Counted from the stretch's first letter, positions 19,429-31,000 are shown. The stretch is DNA of 64,000 bases from Tagaea sp. (GCA_965279525.1 CBDIIB010000005.1:960001-1024000), one strand, 5' to 3'. The notes: a model not told the origin generated them from the letters alone. Made by a program: numbers and translations.

Positions 19429-20175
19429 ATGGAAATCGAACAGAATCCGGCTACCGACTGGCGCCAGCGTTTTCTCGCGCGCTACGTCTCGACCCACGCG
19501 GCCGTCTCGGACGCGGCGGGCAACCTCGACCGGCGCTGGCCGTTCCTCGAGAAGCTGGTGCGCGAGCATTTTCCGGCCGACCGCGACGCGAAGATCGTCG
19601 ATCTGGGCTGCGGGCACGGCGCCATCGTGTGGGCGGCCCGCAAGCTCGGCTATCGCAACATCGAGGGCGTGGACGCCAGCCCCGAGCAGGTCGCGATGGC
19701 AGCCCAGCTCAAGATCGACGGCGTGCGCCAGGGCGACTTGATGGCCACGCTGCGTTCAGCACCGGCCGACAGCCTCGACGCCGTCGTGCTGTTCGACCTC
19801 TACCACTATTTCGATCCGGCCACGCAGCTGCGCCTGGCCGACGAAGTGCGCCGCGTGCTGAAGCCGGGCGGGCGCTTCATCATGCATCTGCCCAACGGCG
19901 AAGCACTGTTCGCCGGGCGCGTGCGCTACTGGGACATCATGGCGACCGGCTCGTTCACGCGCCGGTCGATCGAGCAGCTGATGCTGGTGTGCGACTTCAA
20001 GGGCGTCGCCTGCTTCGAGGACCAGCCGGTCGTGCACGGCCTCAAGAGTGCCGCCCGCTACGCGGTGTGGAAGCTTGTCCGCGCAGCGCTGCGCCTGGCG
20101 ATGGCGGCCGAGACGGGCGAAACGGCCAGCGATGCGATCTTCAGCCAGACGTTTCTGGCGGTCGCGCGCAAGTAA
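19429..20175 (+). CDS. class I SAM-dependent methyltransferase
   Basis: VDLGCGHG motif I; RRVLKPGGRFIMHLPNG. Confidence 0.88.
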   Translation: MEIEQNPATDWRQRFLARYVSTHAAVSDAAGNLDRRWPFLEKLVREHFPADRDAKIVDLGCGHGAIVWAARKLGYRNIEGVDASPEQVAMAAQLKIDGVRQGDLMATLRSAPADSLDAVVLFDLYHYFDPATQLRLADEVRRVLKPGGRFIMHLPNGEALFAGRVRYWDIMATGSFTRRSIEQLMLVCDFKGVACFEDQPVVHGLKSAARYAVWKLVRAALRLAMAAETGETASDAIFSQTFLAVARK

Positions 20176-20196
20176 CGCTATCGTCCGGACACCCCC

Positions 20197-21336
20197 ATGC
20201 GCATCCTGTTCCTTGGCTTCGACATCGAAGGCTATGGCGGCATCGCCACCTACAGCCGCTATCAGGTCGCGGCCCTGAAGCGGCTTGGCCATGCCGTCGA
20301 GATCGTGTCGATCGACAAACAGAGCGGCGCACCCCTCGCGCCGGGCATCGCCGACCGCAAGCTGCCGTTCGACAGCCGGCTGCGCGCCGTCGCCACACTG
20401 GTGAAGGAAGCCATCGCGGCGCGCGGGCGCTACGATCTCGTGATGCTCAACCATGTGTTCCTCGCAGGGCTCGGCTGGCTCGTGAAGAAGATCTCGGGCA
20501 CGCCCTTCACCGTCAATGTCTACAACATCGACATCCTGACGAAGCTGCCGCCCTTGCGCGAAGGTGCGTTCGCGGCTGCCGATCTGGTCATTGCGGATTG
20601 CCAGTACACGATCGACTGGATGCCGAAGTACCGCAACTTCGTGCCGCCGACGGGCCTGCTCTATGATCCGGTGGATGTGGAGTTCTTCAAGCCGATGGCG
20701 AAGGCGGCAGCACGCGCGGAACTCGCGAAGGCCTATGGCTGGAACGATCTTGCCGGGCGCTTCGTCGTGACGACGGTCGCCGCAATGCTGCTGCCACCCA
20801 ACAAGGGCCAGCGCCAGACGATCGACGCGATCGCCAAACTCGCCGATCCGCGCCTGCTCTATATCGTCGTCGGCTCGGGGCCGGACCGCGAGGCGATGGA
20901 AGCCTATGCGCGTACCGCCGGCGTGGCCGGTCAGGTCCGCTTCACGGGCCGTGCGCCGCAAGGACAGCTGCCGGTGCTCTATGCCGCGGCCGACGTCGCG
21001 ACCCTCGTCGCGCGCGGCGGGCCGGGCTGGGGCGAAGCCGTACCCCTCGGTCTCATCGAGGCGGCCGCCTGCGGCACGCCGTTCGTGTGCGGCAACGAGG
21101 ACGGCTCGCCCGAAGCCATCGACGCAGCCGATCCCTGCGGCTTCGCGATTTCGCCGCTCGATGTCGACGCACTTGCAGCCACGCTCGCCACTTTGCGCGA
21201 CGATCCGGCACTTTGCGCGCGCATGGGGGCGGCAGGCATCCGTACCGTCGGGAAGCTGTTCGCGTTCGAGCGCTATGTCGAGCAGCAGGAACGTCTGCTC
21301 GCACGTTTCGTCGCGCGCACGAAGATGGCGGCGTGA
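20197..21336 (+). CDS. glycosyltransferase family 4
   Basis: GGIATY N-terminus, NKGQ, EAVPLGLIEAAACGTP (EX7E). Confidence 0.88.
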   Translation: MRILFLGFDIEGYGGIATYSRYQVAALKRLGHAVEIVSIDKQSGAPLAPGIADRKLPFDSRLRAVATLVKEAIAARGRYDLVMLNHVFLAGLGWLVKKISGTPFTVNVYNIDILTKLPPLREGAFAAADLVIADCQYTIDWMPKYRNFVPPTGLLYDPVDVEFFKPMAKAAARAELAKAYGWNDLAGRFVVTTVAAMLLPPNKGQRQTIDAIAKLADPRLLYIVVGSGPDREAMEAYARTAGVAGQVRFTGRAPQGQLPVLYAAADVATLVARGGPGWGEAVPLGLIEAAACGTPFVCGNEDGSPEAIDAADPCGFAISPLDVDALAATLATLRDDPALCARMGAAGIRTVGKLFAFERYVEQQERLLARFVARTKMAA

Positions 21337-21343
21337 GGACGAC

Positions 21344-22078
21344 ATGACCGGCAGCCGCTTTCGCACCCGCATCTACGCCAACTACACGGCCGCGACCTGT
21401 GCACCACTCGCCCCGGACACGCTCGACGGGCTCGCCCCGCGTGCAGCCCATCTGACGCGCACGGTGCGTGCCTATTTCCCGGCAGACCGAAGTGCGCGGA
21501 TTCTCGAACTGGGCTGCGGACACGGCGCCTTGCTGCATTTCGCCCGCCAGCTCGGCTATGCCAACACCGAGGGCGTGGACGGCTCGTCTGCCCAGATCGC
21601 GGCGGCGAAGAAGCTCGGCATCGGCGGCATCCGCGAGGGCCAGCTGATGGAAGCGCTCGCGGCCGCGCCGGACGCGAGCTACGACGCGGTCGTGCTGTTC
21701 GACGTGCTCGAGCATCTGACGCGCGACGAGGTGATCGACGCGATCGACGCGATCGCGCGCGTGCTCAAGAAGGGTGGCCGGCTGATCCTGCACGTGCCCA
21801 ACGGGGCCTCGCCCTTCGGCACGCTGATGATCTATTCCGATTTCACGCACGAGGTGGCCTTCACGCCGGAAAGCCTCGCCCAGATCTTCCTTGCCTCGGG
21901 CTGGTCGCGGGTCGACTGCTTCGAAGATCGGCCCGCCGTGCACGGGGTCGCCAGCTTCGTGCGTGCGGTCCTGTGGCGCTGCATCCGGGCCGTCTTACGT
22001 TTCTATCTGGCGGTCGAGACCGGCTCGCGCCGGCACGACGTGCTGACGCAGAACCTGTTCGCGGTGGCGGTGAAATAG
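21344..22078 (+). CDS. class I SAM-dependent methyltransferase (paralog of 19429)
   Basis: LELGCGHG, FDVLEHL, LKKGGRLILHVPNG. Confidence 0.88.
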   Translation: MTGSRFRTRIYANYTAATCAPLAPDTLDGLAPRAAHLTRTVRAYFPADRSARILELGCGHGALLHFARQLGYANTEGVDGSSAQIAAAKKLGIGGIREGQLMEALAAAPDASYDAVVLFDVLEHLTRDEVIDAIDAIARVLKKGGRLILHVPNGASPFGTLMIYSDFTHEVAFTPESLAQIFLASGWSRVDCFEDRPAVHGVASFVRAVLWRCIRAVLRFYLAVETGSRRHDVLTQNLFAVAVK

Positions 22079-22079
22079 C

Positions 22080-23837
22080 ATGTGCGGCATCGCCGGCGCC
22101 TTCGCCTATGCCGCCGGCGCGCCGCCCTTGCGCGAGGGCGAGCTGCGCGCGATGCGCGACGCGATGGCAGCCCGCGGCCCCGACGGCACGGGCGAGTATT
22201 TCTCGACCGACCGGCGTCTCGCCTTCGGCCACCGACGCCTTGCCATCGTCGACCTGCGCACCATCGCCGACCAGCCCATGCGGCTTGCCGGCACCGGGAT
22301 CCGCATCGTCTTCAACGGCGAGATCTACAATTACAAGACCCTGCGCGAACGCCTCGCACGCGAGGGTGCCGTCTTCGAGACGACCTCGGATACCGAGGTG
22401 CTGCTGCATCTCTACGCGCGCGAAGGGGCTGGCATGCTGCGCCACCTGCGCGGCATGTACGCATTCGCGATCCACGATCCCGACAAGGGCGGCATGTTTC
22501 TGGCGCGCGATCCATTCGGCATCAAGCCGATGTATCTCGCCGACGATGGCGGGACGCTGCGCTTCGCAAGCCAGGTAAAGGCGCTGCTCGCCGCCGACCG
22601 GCCCGACACGCGACCGGATCCGGCCGGCCATGCCGGCTTCTTCCTGTGGGGCCACGTGCCCGATCCCCATACGCTCTATCGCGGGATCTCGGCGTTGCCC
22701 GCGGGCACGTCGATGTGGGTGGACGCGAAGGGCCTCGGCAAGCCCGCCCCGTTCTTCGACCTCTGTGCGGCACTCGCATCACCTGCTTCGCCCGCACCGA
22801 GCCTGCGCGATGCCGTGCGCGATACGGTCGCCCACCACATGATCGCCGACGTGCCGGTCGGCGTGTTCCTGTCGGCCGGCATCGATTCGACCGTGCTGGC
22901 GGGCATCGCGGCGGAAAACGACGCGGCCCGCCTCGATACCGTCACGCTCGGCTTCGACGCCTATCGCGGGACGGCGAACGACGAGACGAAGCTGGCCGAG
23001 GCCTTCGCCCGCGCGCGCGGAACGCGCCAGCATACGCAGTGGATCGGCCAGGCCGAGTTCGCCGCCGAGCGCGAGGCGCTGTTCGCCGCGATGGACCAGC
23101 CGACGGTCGACGGTATCAACACATATTTCGTCGCGCGCGCGGCAAAGCGTGCCGGTCTCAAGGTGGCGCTGTCGGGCCTCGGCGGCGACGAGATCTTCGC
23201 TGGCTATCCCGGTTTCGCGCAGATCCCGGCCCTGGTGCGGCGCACTGCACCCTTCGCGTTCCTCGGGCCTGTTTTCCGCGCGGCCACGCAAGGCTGGATC
23301 GGGAACTTCACGTCGCCCAAGTATGCGGGCCTGTTCGAGTACGGATCAACATATCCCGGTGCCTATCTGCTGCGCCGCGCGCTGCACATGCCATGGGAGA
23401 TCACGGACCTCCTGCCGCGCGCGATGGCCGAGGAAGGGCTGGCGACACTCGGCTATCCCGACACGCTCGACCGCGGGCTTGCCGCCGTGCCGTCCGACCG
23501 CCTCAAGGTCTCGGCTCTCGAGATCGCAAACTACATGCGCGACCGGCTGCTGCGCGACGGCGACTGGGCGGGCATGGCCCACTCGATCGAGATCCGTGTG
23601 CCGTTCGTCGATCCGGTGTTTCTCGCGAATGCGCTTGCCACGATGGGCGCGCCGGGCAAGCGCGATCTCGCCGCCACGCCGAGCCCGCCGCTGCCGCCGG
23701 AGCTGGTCGACCGGCCGAAAACCGGCTTCGTGGTGCCGGTACGCGAATGGCTGATGGGCGAAGCGCATCCCGACGCCGGCCTGCGCGGCCTGCGCGGCTG
23801 GTCGAAGCAGGTCTACCGCGCCTTCACGGACGCGTGA
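22080..23837 (+). CDS. asnB: asparagine synthase-like glutamine amidotransferase
   Basis: MCGIAG Ntn start, RGPD, GHRRLAIVDL, FNGEIYNY, LSAGIDS, SGLGGDE. Confidence 0.92.
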   Translation: MCGIAGAFAYAAGAPPLREGELRAMRDAMAARGPDGTGEYFSTDRRLAFGHRRLAIVDLRTIADQPMRLAGTGIRIVFNGEIYNYKTLRERLAREGAVFETTSDTEVLLHLYAREGAGMLRHLRGMYAFAIHDPDKGGMFLARDPFGIKPMYLADDGGTLRFASQVKALLAADRPDTRPDPAGHAGFFLWGHVPDPHTLYRGISALPAGTSMWVDAKGLGKPAPFFDLCAALASPASPAPSLRDAVRDTVAHHMIADVPVGVFLSAGIDSTVLAGIAAENDAARLDTVTLGFDAYRGTANDETKLAEAFARARGTRQHTQWIGQAEFAAEREALFAAMDQPTVDGINTYFVARAAKRAGLKVALSGLGGDEIFAGYPGFAQIPALVRRTAPFAFLGPVFRAATQGWIGNFTSPKYAGLFEYGSTYPGAYLLRRALHMPWEITDLLPRAMAEEGLATLGYPDTLDRGLAAVPSDRLKVSALEIANYMRDRLLRDGDWAGMAHSIEIRVPFVDPVFLANALATMGAPGKRDLAATPSPPLPPELVDRPKTGFVVPVREWLMGEAHPDAGLRGLRGWSKQVYRAFTDA

Positions 23838-23845
23838 GGCCGGCC

Positions 23846-25069
23846 ATGGACAAGCTCCGCCTCGCCTATCTCGTCACGCACCCGATCCCCTATCAGGCGC
23901 CGCTCCTGCGCATGGTGGCGGCCCAGCCCGACATCGAATTCAAGGCGTTCTTCGGTACCGACTTCACGACGCGGCCCTTCGTCGCCGGCGATTTCGGCCA
24001 GCAGATCATCTGGGACGTGCCGCTCGTCGAGGGCTACGCGCACCGCACGCTCGGCCGTCTCGACCCACAGCCGCCGGCCGGTATCATCGAGCCGCTCACG
24101 CTCTGGCGCCCGCTGTCGACCGGTTTCGCGCGTGCGCTCGATGAAGGAAAGTTCGACGCGCTGTGGATTCACGGCTACGCGCATTTCAGCCATTGGGCGG
24201 CGATCCTGTCGGCCAAGAAGCGCGGCATCAAGGTGATGATCCGCGACGAGGCGACGCCGATCTCGGCCGTGCGCTCGCCCGCCAAGCGTTTCGCCAAGCG
24301 CGCCTTCTTCGAGGCGCTCAAGCTCGGCGTGGATGCCTACCTCGCGATCGGCACGCTCAACCGGCAGTACTATCTCGACTACGGCGTGCCGGCCTCGCGG
24401 ATCTTCCACGTGCCCTATGCGGTCGACAACGACCGCTTCGCCGGCCAGGCGCACGCGGCCTCCGTCCGGCGCGCCGAATTCAAGCACGAGCTGGGCATAG
24501 CACCCGGCCGGCCAGTCGTGCTTTTCTGCGCCAAGCTCATCGAGCGCAAGCGCCCCGGCCTGCTGCTCGACGCCTTCGCGCGCATCCATCGCGATCCGGC
24601 CATGCGCGATCCCGTACTTGTCTTCGTCGGCGACGGGCCACAGCGCGGCGAACTCGAAGCGGCGGCTTTGAGGCTCGGCCCCGACGCCGTGCGTTTCCTC
24701 GGCTTCAAGAAGCAGAACGAGCTGCCACCCTGCTACGACCTTGCCGACCTGTTCGTGCTGCCCTCCGGGCAGGAAGCCTGGGGCCTTGTTGTCAACGAGG
24801 TGATGTGCGCGGGCAAAGCCGTGATCTGCTCGGACAGCATCGGTGCGGCACCCGACCTCGCCAGGCCCGGCGAGAACGGTGCCATTTTCCGAACCGACGA
24901 TGTCGGCGATCTCGCGCGCGCACTGGCCGACGTGCTGCGCGACGAAAAGCGGCTTGCCGCAATGGGGCGGCGCTCGTCCGAGATCATCGATACGTGGAGC
25001 TACCGCGAAGACGTAGCGGGCCTGCGTGCCGCACTCGCCGCCATCTGTCCGGGGCGGATCGCGCCATGA
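23846..25069 (+). CDS. glycosyltransferase family 4
   Basis: THPIPYQAP, VPYAVDN, EAWGLVVNEVMCAG. Confidence 0.88.
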   Translation: MDKLRLAYLVTHPIPYQAPLLRMVAAQPDIEFKAFFGTDFTTRPFVAGDFGQQIIWDVPLVEGYAHRTLGRLDPQPPAGIIEPLTLWRPLSTGFARALDEGKFDALWIHGYAHFSHWAAILSAKKRGIKVMIRDEATPISAVRSPAKRFAKRAFFEALKLGVDAYLAIGTLNRQYYLDYGVPASRIFHVPYAVDNDRFAGQAHAASVRRAEFKHELGIAPGRPVVLFCAKLIERKRPGLLLDAFARIHRDPAMRDPVLVFVGDGPQRGELEAAALRLGPDAVRFLGFKKQNELPPCYDLADLFVLPSGQEAWGLVVNEVMCAGKAVICSDSIGAAPDLARPGENGAIFRTDDVGDLARALADVLRDEKRLAAMGRRSSEIIDTWSYREDVAGLRAALAAICPGRIAP

Positions 25070-26355
25070 AAGACATGTCGGTCTCTTTCATTACGACGAT
25101 CCTGATCCAGATCGTCAATATCCTGACCGGCCTGCTCGCCGCGCGCCTGCTGCTGCCCGAAGGGCGCGGCGAACTTGCCGAGATCATGCTGTGGCCCGGC
25201 CTGCTGATCGAGTTCGGCATCCTCGCGATGTCGGATGCCCTCCTCTACCGGGCGGCAACGCGCTCCGCCGGTCCCAAGGTGCTTTTCGCGACCGTGATGG
25301 CGATCGGGGCCGTGCTTGCGGTCGTTCTCGTGGCGGTCGGGTTCCTCGTCCTGCCCTACACGGTCGCGCACGACTCCCAGACCGTGAAGGCCGTCGAGTT
25401 CTGGTATCTGGCCGCTTTCGTGCCGGTCTATCTCTTCTCGCTTTTCGTCGCGACGATGTTCCAGGGTCAGCTCGACATCCTCGCGTGGAACGTCGTGCGC
25501 GCCCTTGTCGGATTCGGCTATCTCGGCTTCATCGCGATCTTCTGGTTTGCCGACAAGACGCAGGTTGCGAACTTTGCCGTCGCCTACATTGCTGGCAACG
25601 CGCTTTCGGCCCTGGTCGGCCTCGCGTGGCTGACGCGGCGGGGCTGGGTGGGCTGGCGGCCGGATCTTGCCGTCGCACGCGGACTTGTCGCTTACGGCGC
25701 TCGCGTCCATGTCGGCGAGATGGTCAACAGCCTGCGCCAGCGCGTCGACCAGATGGCTGTTTCGCTGTTCCTGACCTCGGCGGACATGGGTCTCTATGTC
25801 GTGGCGTTGACCGTCGCCAACGGCCCGATGATCCTCGTCAACACGATTGCCGGCGTGGCATTCCCGAAGATCAGCCAGGCGCCCGACAAATCCGAGAAGC
25901 TCCGCATCTTCGGCCTCTACCTGCGTCTCGCGATGGCGATGTCGATCGCCAGTGCCGCGAGCCTTGCGATCCTCGCCGAGTATCTGGTGCCGCTGATCTT
26001 CGGCCGGCTTTTCGACGACAGCGCGACCTTGTGCCAGATCATGCTGATCGGGCTGCCGTTCTTTGCGGCGAAGCTGATGTTCATCCAGGCGCTCAACGCG
26101 TTCGACCGTTCGCTCGCCATCGGCTGGGCGGAGGCCGCCGGCCTCATCGCGGCGGTGCTCTCGCTTTACGGAATGCTGCCGGTCCTCGGCATCTACGGGG
26201 CCGCCTGGGCGCTGGTCGTCGCCAATGTCGTGGCGCTGGGTGCCATGGCCGCGTCGCTCAACCGCCAGATCGGGGCGCCGGTCCTGCGGCTGCTGCGGCC
26301 TACCGAAGAGGATTTCGAGAAGGTCCGCCGGATCGCGGCGCGCGTGTGGCGATGA
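25066..26355 (+). CDS. polysaccharide flippase (Wzx/MOP family)
   Basis: About 12 TM; ARLLLPEGRG, RVDQM and MGLYVVA motifs. Confidence 0.82.
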   Translation: MKDMSVSFITTILIQIVNILTGLLAARLLLPEGRGELAEIMLWPGLLIEFGILAMSDALLYRAATRSAGPKVLFATVMAIGAVLAVVLVAVGFLVLPYTVAHDSQTVKAVEFWYLAAFVPVYLFSLFVATMFQGQLDILAWNVVRALVGFGYLGFIAIFWFADKTQVANFAVAYIAGNALSALVGLAWLTRRGWVGWRPDLAVARGLVAYGARVHVGEMVNSLRQRVDQMAVSLFLTSADMGLYVVALTVANGPMILVNTIAGVAFPKISQAPDKSEKLRIFGLYLRLAMAMSIASAASLAILAEYLVPLIFGRLFDDSATLCQIMLIGLPFFAAKLMFIQALNAFDRSLAIGWAEAAGLIAAVLSLYGMLPVLGIYGAAWALVVANVVALGAMAASLNRQIGAPVLRLLRPTEEDFEKVRRIAARVWR

Positions 26356-27599
26356 ACCGGCATGCCGTGCGCGGCCTTGTCGGCCATCCGGGGTCGAACC
26401 ATCTCGCCTACCAGATGGTCGCGGCCCTGCAGAAGGCCGGCTACGACGCGTCGTTCGAGACGGGGCTGTTCTGGACCGGGACTGGTCTGCTGCCGAAACT
26501 CACCGGCCTTTTTCCGGCCGCCTTGCGCGGCAGGATCGAGCGCGAATTGAAGCGCCGGTCGCACCCGGACATCGATCCGGCCCGCGTGTCGTTCCAGCCG
26601 GCTCCCGAACTTATGTACCTCGCGTCGACTCGCCTGAAACTGTCGGCCGAACGGCAGCTTGCCGCCATCGCGTGGCGCAACGACGTGTTCGACGCGCAGT
26701 TCGCCCAGCGCGTGCTGGCCGAACGGCCGCGCTTCACGATCGGACATGACAGCTCGGCCCTTGCCGCACAGCGCGCCACGCAGAGTTATGGCGGCCTTGC
26801 GATTCTCAATCAGGTGATCGGCCATATCCGGAGCGGGCTCGACCTGTTCGCCGAGGAAGCGCGGCTGGCGCCCGAGTTCGCCGAGACGTTGCCGCTGCCG
26901 CCCTCGCGCGTGATCGAGCAATGCACGACCGAGGCGCGCGAAGCCGATCGTGTGATCGTGCCGTCGGACTATGTACGCGACACGATGATCGCGAACGGCA
27001 CCAAGGCGGCGCGCGTGTTCGTGCTCCCCTATGGCGTCGATACGCAGCGCTTCCGTCCGCCCGAGCGGCCGCGCGAACCGGACGGCAATTTCCGTGTGCT
27101 GTTCGTCGGCGCGCTGACCCAGCGCAAGGGCATCAAGTACCTGCTTGAGGCTGCGAAGCGGGCCGACATCAAGGGTCTCGAGCTTGTCTGCGTGGGCAAA
27201 CTTGCGGGCGATCCGGCGGCTTTTGCACCCTATGCCGACATATTCCGCCATGTGCGCCACGTGCCGTTCCACGAGGTGCACCGGCTCTTCCAGACCGCCG
27301 ACGTCTTCGCCTATCCCTCGCTGCATGAAGGCTCTGCCTTCGCGAGCTACGAAGCACTCGCTTCGGGTCTGCCGGTGGTTTGCACGCCCAACACGGGTTC
27401 TGTGGTACGGGACGGGAGCGAGGGATTCATCGTGCCGGTGCGCGACGTCGACGCCCTCGTCGAGCGGCTGCGCCGTCTTGCGCGCGACCCGGACCTGCGC
27501 GCGCGCATGGCGCTGGCGGCCCGTGCTCGCGCCGAGGAATTCACGTGGACGCATTATGGCGAGCGTCTGGCGACGTGGTTCGACGCGCAGCTTTCCTGA
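26352..27599 (+). CDS. glycosyltransferase family 4
   Basis: PYGVD, QRKGIKYLLEA, PSLHEGSAFASYEALASGLPV. Confidence 0.88.
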   Translation: MNRHAVRGLVGHPGSNHLAYQMVAALQKAGYDASFETGLFWTGTGLLPKLTGLFPAALRGRIERELKRRSHPDIDPARVSFQPAPELMYLASTRLKLSAERQLAAIAWRNDVFDAQFAQRVLAERPRFTIGHDSSALAAQRATQSYGGLAILNQVIGHIRSGLDLFAEEARLAPEFAETLPLPPSRVIEQCTTEAREADRVIVPSDYVRDTMIANGTKAARVFVLPYGVDTQRFRPPERPREPDGNFRVLFVGALTQRKGIKYLLEAAKRADIKGLELVCVGKLAGDPAAFAPYADIFRHVRHVPFHEVHRLFQTADVFAYPSLHEGSAFASYEALASGLPVVCTPNTGSVVRDGSEGFIVPVRDVDALVERLRRLARDPDLRARMALAARARAEEFTWTHYGERLATWFDAQLS

Positions 27600-27611
27600 A
27601 GCCCCAAAAGC

Positions 27612-27641
27612 AAAACCCCGCGCCTTGAAGGGCGCGGGGTT
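27612..27641 (-). terminator. terminator between convergent GT4 and trxA
   Basis: AAAACCCCGCGCC-ttgaag-GGCGCGGGGTT hairpin; U-tract on the minus strand. Confidence 0.75.
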
Positions 27642-27664
27642 CGCGAAGTCGCGGCCGGAAACGG

Positions 27665-27991
27665 TCAGACGTTCTGCTGGACCCACTCGTAGAGCTTGCT
27701 CTTGGGCAGCGAGCCGATCTTGGTCGCGGCAACCTCGCCACCCTTGAACAGCATCAGCGTGGGGATGCCGCGCACGCCGTACTTGGACGGCGTCATCGGG
27801 TTCTCGTCGATATTGATCTTGGCGACGGTCAGCTTGCCGGCCATGTCGCCGGCCAGCTCGTCGAGGGCCGGTGCGATCTGCTTGCAGGGGCCGCACCATT
27901 CCGCCCAGAAATCGACCAGCACCGGGGACGCCGACTGGAGCACGTCGGTCTGGAAGCTGGCATCGGTAACCTTGGTCGTGTTGGCGCTCAT
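27665..27991 (-). CDS. trxA: thioredoxin
   Basis: [14 protein letters not shown]; conserved position after addA. Confidence 0.96.
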   Translation of the reverse strand: MSANTTKVTDASFQTDVLQSASPVLVDFWAEWCGPCKQIAPALDELAGDMAGKLTVAKINIDENPMTPSKYGVRGIPTLMLFKGGEVAATKIGSLPKSKLYEWVQQNV

Positions 27992-28096
27992 GGAAGCCTC
28001 GCGGATGAACGGCGAATCGAAGATACGTGAAGGTAGGAAGGGCCAAGGTCCCGGTCAAGGCAGACCGACCTCAAAGAAACTGTCGTACCTTTTCAG

Positions 28097-31000
28097 TCAG
28101 TTAGGTGCGTGCCGGTCGAGAAATTCCGGGGGGATCGGCATCAGGCGCGGTGCATGCGTCCACAACAGCGCGCAGCGGATCGCCCGACCTTCGAACAACG
28201 GCATCAGCGCCGCGCGATACGCGGCAAGCTGCGCGAGATAGACCGGCGCCACGCCGGCAACGTCGGCCGGCGGCGGCCGGTTGGTCTTGAAGTCGATCAC
28301 ATAGACCGCATCGTCGCGCACGACGAGCCGGTCGATCCGCCCCGACAGCGCACGACCGCCGAGGCGTGCCACGACCGCCGCCTCGGCAAGACCGGGGCCA
28401 TCGAACGCGGCGGCGAATTCCGGATGGGCGAGCACGGCCAGCGTCTCGCGCGCGAGCTCGTCGACCTGCGCCGGCGTCAGGCCATAGGCCGGACGCGACA
28501 GCAGCCGGCGGGCGGCGTCCGCACGCGCACCGGCATCAAGGTCGGGCAGCGCCTGCAGCAGCCGATGGATGAGCTTGCCGCGCAGGAACGCGAACCCCTC
28601 GCCGGTTCCCAATGGCGAAGCGACGGGCGGTTCGCTTTCCGGCCGCGAGGGCGCCAGCGGGCGCGGCGGCGACGGTTCGGCGGGCGCTGCCTTGCCACGC
28701 GCCCACAATGGCAGAGGTGCCGCGACGACGTTCCCGGCATCCACTTCGGCACGGCCGTCGATCTGGCGGGTCGACTGCTCGATCCGCCAGACCTTGCCGT
28801 CCGGCGTGTCGATCTCGACGGCCTGCGGATGGGCCTGCAGCGCCGGCGCCACGCGCGCGTACCAGGAGCCCGCACCGATCCCCTTGTCGCCGGCCCAGCC
28901 GCAGACATAGAGCCGGTCGCGCGCGCGCGTCATCGCGACATAGAGCAGGCGCCGGTACTCGGCCTGTTCGCGCGCCGAGATCTCGGCACGCGCCGCGGCG
29001 ACGAGCTTCTGGGCGCCGGTGCCGCGCGGCGGCCACAGCGGCAGGCCGCCTGCCCACACGACGCTGGCACGCGCGCCGGGCGGCGTGCACGTATCGGGCA
29101 GGAAGACGATATCCGCTTCCAGTCCCTTGGCGCCGTGCACGGTCATCACGCGCACTTCATCGCGCCCCTGCTCCATATCGCGCTTGAGATCCGTGGCACC
29201 GGATTCGAACCATGCGAGAAATCCCTGGAGAGACGGTGCACCGGCACGCTCGTAGGAAAGACATGCGGCAAGAAACTCGTCGAGCGGATCCGCCGCGTCC
29301 GGTCCGAGCCGAGCCAGCATGCGCTGGCGTCCGTCGCGCGCGTTGAGCAGGCCCGCGTAAAGCTCGTAGGGCGCCACGAAATCGGCGCGCGAAAGCATGT
29401 CGGTCAGTTCGTCGCACGCCGCGCGCCACTTCGTGCGCTCGTCCGCGCGTGCGCGCAGCGTTGCCCATAGATGGCGCTTCCGGCGCCAGGCAAGGGCGAA
29501 CAGGTCGTCGTCGTCGAAACCGTAGAGCGGCGATTTCAGGACTTCGGCCAGCGCGAGGTCGTCGGCCGGCATCAGGCAGAATCGCGCGAGGGAAAGCAGA
29601 TCCATCACCGCGATCTGGTCGGCGAGGACCATGCGATCCGCACCGGCGACCGCCACGCCCGCATCCTTGAAGGCGCGCACGCATGCCTCGAAGAAGCGGT
29701 TGCGCCGGCGCACGAGAACGAGCACGTCGCCCGCACGGACCTTGCGGCCACGCGCCGGCAGGTCCTCCACCCCGATCCATTGCCTGACCGTATCCGCGAT
29801 GCGCGCGGCAAGTCGCACCGAAGGATGCTCTGTCGAAAGATAGTCGACCGGCGCGTCCCACTCGGACGGCGGATCGGACGGCGCAGTGAGCATGGGCTCC
29901 CACAGTTCGACGCGTCCGCCAGCCCCGGCCCGGTGCGCGCGATGCATCAGCGTTCGCGCGCCCGAAACGACACCGTCGCGATTGTCCGGAATGGCAAAGA
30001 CGTGGTCGACGGCGTCGAGAACGGCCGGCGCCGAACGGAACGACACTTCAAGCGGCACCTCGGCCCAGCGCTGGCCGACCTTGGCCTGGAACGCGGCGCG
30101 CGTGCGTTCGAATGTCGCGAGATCGGCGCCCTGGAAACTGAAGATCGACTGCTTCTCGTCGCCGACGACGAAGACGCTGCGCGGCGGACGCGATTCGCGT
30201 GCCCCCGCACCGGCGAAAAACTCGTCGATCAGCGCGCCGACCGCTTCCCACTGCTCGGGGGCCGTGTCCTGCGCCTCGTCGACGAGGACATGATCGATGC
30301 CGCCATCGAGCTTGTAGTGTACCCACGGGGTGGTGCCTTTCAGCAGCGCCACCGCGCGCAGGATCAGATCGTCGTAGTCGAGCAGGGCCCGCGACTTCTT
30401 GAGCCGGTCGTAGCGATCGAACAGGGCGGCCCCCAGCCGCAGCAATGCCGCCGACGGCTCTGCCGTCATGATCGCCAGCAGCCGGTCGTTGAGCGTGCCG
30501 ACACGCGCCTGTTCGGCAAGGAGTATGGCCTCGGTCCCCGGATGCGCAGCCTCGACACCCTTGGTCGCGAGCCGTTTGCGCGGCTTGCCGGTCTGCGTCA
30601 TGAACGCGGCGATCCAGTCATCGATGCCGGTCTCCGGCGGATCTGCGCGCAATGCCGCCTTCAGACTGGCGGCGATCTCCTTGTCGCTATCCTTCCCGGC
30701 TTCCAGCACCGCCACGGCACGCTCCAGCGCAGCCATATCGGCATCCGCACGGTGCGCGGCGAACGCGGACCCACGCGTCTCGCCAGGCGCCACGCCCAGT
30801 GCTTCGTGGAGATCGCCGACGGCGGCCTCGACATTGCCGTCCTTCGCGTCGAGCAGACGGCGCAGACGGCGCCGATCGGCAAGCAGCGCATCGATGGCGG
30901 TCCGGAACCCGCCTTCGGTTGCCCAAGTCGAAAGGATTTTCAATGCTTCGGCGAGGACGGGATCGGCGGCGCAATCCGCGATCAGGATCTCGCGCGCATG

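Noticed and set aside
22082-27599. Apparent 730-995 aa ORFs suggesting fusions or frameshifting
   Set aside because: They are upstream extensions in overlapping frames; the real starts are at 23846, 25066 and 26352, the last two with ATGA coupling.
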